In this document: one piece after another, positions 61,903 through 64,000 of the stretch
Layout: each line of letters begins with the position of its first letter
Position numbering within the stretch: position 1 is the first letter of the stretch
Source: an uncultured delta proteobacterium
Lineage (GTDB): Bacteria > Myxococcota > Myxococcia > Myxococcales > Anaeromyxobacteraceae
Length of the DNA: 64,000 nt
Assembly (NCBI GenBank): GCA_963845515.1
Contig: CAWJSR010000029.1
Coordinates: 256,001-320,000 of the forward strand
Reading direction: 5' to 3'
The notes under the pieces: model-generated
Told to the model about the DNA's origin: nothing
Database searches by the model: none
What the model saw: only the letters and a program-made list of their open reading frames with translations
Made by a program: the position numbers and the translations under genes

Positions 61903-62259
61903 TCACTCCCCTTGGAGCGCAGCATGAGCCTCCGCAAGTTCGTCAAACTCCACACGCTGGCGCCGAACCATCGTCTCGAGGTTCCTTCCGCATTGAGGGC
62001 AATACTCCATGGGCACTCTCATGAGCGTGTGGAGCGGCGCGAGGCGTCCACATTCATCATGGAACAACGGTTCGACAGCCCCCTTGAGCGGCTCCGACTC
62101 CATTAGCAACCCCCAATTGCGCGCCTGGCCTCGGGTGAGCGGGCGTGCCTGGAGAAAGAACTGCCGCACGTCACCGTCTCGGAATGCCACGACACATATG
62201 CCGGATTCACCGGCATTCAGCAGCATTCGCTCCATCCATACGCAGCATGCCTCGATCAT
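61903..62259 (-). CDS. Hypothetical protein with CC and CPQCG motifs (lower-GC)
   Basis: MIEACC..W....AGESG....FFLQAR...MEYCPQCGRNL; start uncertain (ORF extends to 62376). Confidence 0.5.
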   Translation of the reverse strand: MIEACCVWMERMLLNAGESGICVVAFRDGDVRQFFLQARPLTRGQARNWGLLMESEPLKGAVEPLFHDECGRLAPLHTLMRVPMEYCPQCGRNLETMVRRQRVEFDELAEAHAALQGE

Positions 62260-62484
62260 TTTGGTGCGGGTCGTGATCTGGCGGATCGTGTCGTTCATCG
62301 TGTCCGCTAGGCGCTTCCTGACCTGTCCCTTCTCTTTGCTGGCCTCAATCCCTCCGCTGATACGAGCCCCGAGCATTGCCGCGGCTGCCGCTCGGAGTCG
62401 TGATCTGGAGGTTCGGCGCGATCATTCGGTCCAATCTGGGCTTCTCAGCCCCCTACCTGCTGCCTCTCCTTGTCCCCGTCCTTC

Positions 62485-62976
62485 CTATCGGTTGCTTCCC
62501 TTCACTTCGGCGGTCGGATCACCTTCGGACGGGGGCTTTGAGCCCCGACGGCGCCTCAGGAACCAGAGGCTGAATCCCCATCCGGAACCAGCAAGGACAA
62601 TCCACATGTCAGCTGTCACCGGCCTGTCGCGGATGCTCCGAGCCGTCAGCAGGACGGCTGCCATGAGCACCCATCCAAACAGAAAGAAGATCCAAGACGT
62701 GCGGGAGCGACCATCAATCATCCGCCTTCGCATCGCCCAGAACACGAGGAGCGTCGCGAGAGCCAACGCAAGCGTCGCGCCCCAGACCACCAGGACCCGG
62801 TGAAACTCATAGTTGACAGAAAAGACCGGTGCGCCTTCCTCGATGAGTCGCACCGCCACCGCGACGGCCCGAGCGTGGGTCAAACCCCACCAGAGCATGC
62901 AAACGGAGGCCGCGACCCCCTCCACGTACCAATGAAGGGAGTCGCCCGGGAAGTACTCGCGTTTCCGTCCTCTCAT
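62485..62976 (-). CDS. Hypothetical membrane protein (about 4 TM, lower-GC)
   Basis: Four hydrophobic segments; SD GGAG before ATG 62976. Confidence 0.55.
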   Translation of the reverse strand: MRGRKREYFPGDSLHWYVEGVAASVCMLWWGLTHARAVAVAVRLIEEGAPVFSVNYEFHRVLVVWGATLALALATLLVFWAMRRRMIDGRSRTSWIFFLFGWVLMAAVLLTARSIRDRPVTADMWIVLAGSGWGFSLWFLRRRRGSKPPSEGDPTAEVKGSNR

Positions 62977-63164
62977 GGTGACTCCAGGCTCATCGCAGCC
63001 GAGCGAGCCCACAGAGAAGCGCAACGACCCGGCCCACCGCGCTCACCTCGCAGGCACGTCGTGTAGCGTGTCGAGCCCCGCCCGAGAGGCCCGTCGCGCG
63101 GACCACCGTCCGTGGCGCGTATCGATCGTGAGTCGTGGTTTCAGGGATTTCGCGATGTTCCGCA

Positions 63165-63180
63165 GGGCACGTCGCTTGCC
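63165..63180 (+). promoter_or_regulatory. sigma54-like -24/-12 promoter upstream of the transposase
   Basis: GGGCACGTCGCTTGCC versus consensus TGGCACG-N4-TTGC; ATG 13 nt downstream. Confidence 0.55.
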
Positions 63181-63193
63181 ACACCGCTCCGGA

Positions 63194-64000
63194 ATGACTC
63201 CCGTTCGACGGATCCTCAAGGGGAAGACCTACCTCGCGACGCGCCGATGCTCGGAGCGTCGCTTCTTCCTCAAACCCTCGAAGAGGACCGCGGGGATCTT
63301 CCTCTACGCCATCGCCCTCTACGCGAAGCGCTACGCCGTCCAGATCCACGCCTACTGCGTCCTCTCGAACCATTACCACCTGGTCCTCACCGACACCCTC
63401 GGCCGGCTCCCTGACTTCGAGCGCGACGTCAATGCCCTCATCGCCAAGGTCACCAACTGCGCCCTCGGCCGATGGGACGCCTTCTGGGAGCGCGTCAGCT
63501 ACAGCGCCGTCGAGCTCGTGACGCCCGCTTCCGTCCTCGAGAAGCTCGTCTACACCCTCGCCAACCCCGTGGCCGCCGGCCTCGTCTCGCTCGCCTCGAA
63601 GTGGCCCGGCGACTGGTCCGACCCGCGACGGATCGGGGGGCCGCCCGTCCGGATCGAGCGGCCAAAGGTGTTCTTCGACGAGGAGGGGCAGATGCCCGCT
63701 TTCGTTGAGCTCCAGCTCACCCCTCCCCCTGCATTCGCGGACGACCCGACCTTCGTTGAGCAGGTGCTCGGTGCCTTGCGCGAAGCCGAGGCCTCCGAGG
63801 CGGCCAACCTCGCCCGCGAAGAGCGCGCCTTCATGGGCGTCGCGCGAGTCCTCGCCCAGAGCTTCTTCGCACGTCCTGCCCCCGGCGAGCCGCGCCGAGT
63901 CCTCAGCCCCCGCGTCGCCTGTCGGAACGGGTGGAAGCGGATCGAGGCGCTCCAGCGGCTGACGCGGTTCCAGCGCGCCTACCGCGACGCGCTCGACGCC
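63194..64000 (+). mobile_element. REP-associated tyrosine transposase (RAYT)-like HUH Y1 transposase, truncated by right edge
   Basis: Hand translation: MTPVRRILKGKTYLATRRCSERRFFLKP...IHAYCVLSNHYHLV...GRWDAFWE...LVYTLANPVAAGLV..WPG; HUH motif, catalytic Tyr and NPV.AGLV signature. Confidence 0.85.

Overview
Very GC-rich chromosomal segment whose gene content and codon style look like an Anaeromyxobacter-type myxobacterium (inference). It carries about 55 CDSs and 3 tRNAs (Lys-UUU, Glu-CUC, Glu-UUC). Left third: thioredoxin/DsbD-like membrane protein, receiver protein, CopA, mutarotase, heme-pathway radical SAM/SPASM, DUF2844-DUF3443 pair, MATE, LOG, Liv-type ABC transporter, HEAT-HAMP-SpoIID operon, class IV aminotransferase, Qor, two hexaheme c7-type cytochromes and RDD-SpoIIM-AEC. 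The centrepiece (25.8-42.4 kb) is two complete, divergently transcribed paralogous six-gene Ehr (energy-converting hydrogenase-related) operons whose large subunits lack the NiFe-binding cysteines. They flank a sigma54 activator with a degenerate receiver and a stand-alone degenerate receiver. Each operon has a near-identical sigma54 -24/-12 element (14/16 identical) with a GTGCCG-N3-CGGCAC palindrome 74-78 nt upstream. Right third: PMT glycosyltransferase, EEP nuclease, metF, greB, engB, tetraheme cytochrome, coaE, MaoC pair, B12 radical SAM, two Cys-rich lipoproteins, a ~5.1 kb subtilase with Ig-like repeats and a thrice-repeated Cys module, a PpiC chaperone, a lower-GC patch, and a RAYT-type transposase with a sigma54-like promoter running off the right edge. 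Frameshifts cluster in three patches (5.1-6.2, 28.8-29.2, 54.3-60.8 kb), most likely long-read consensus errors. No CRISPR array or rRNA seen.
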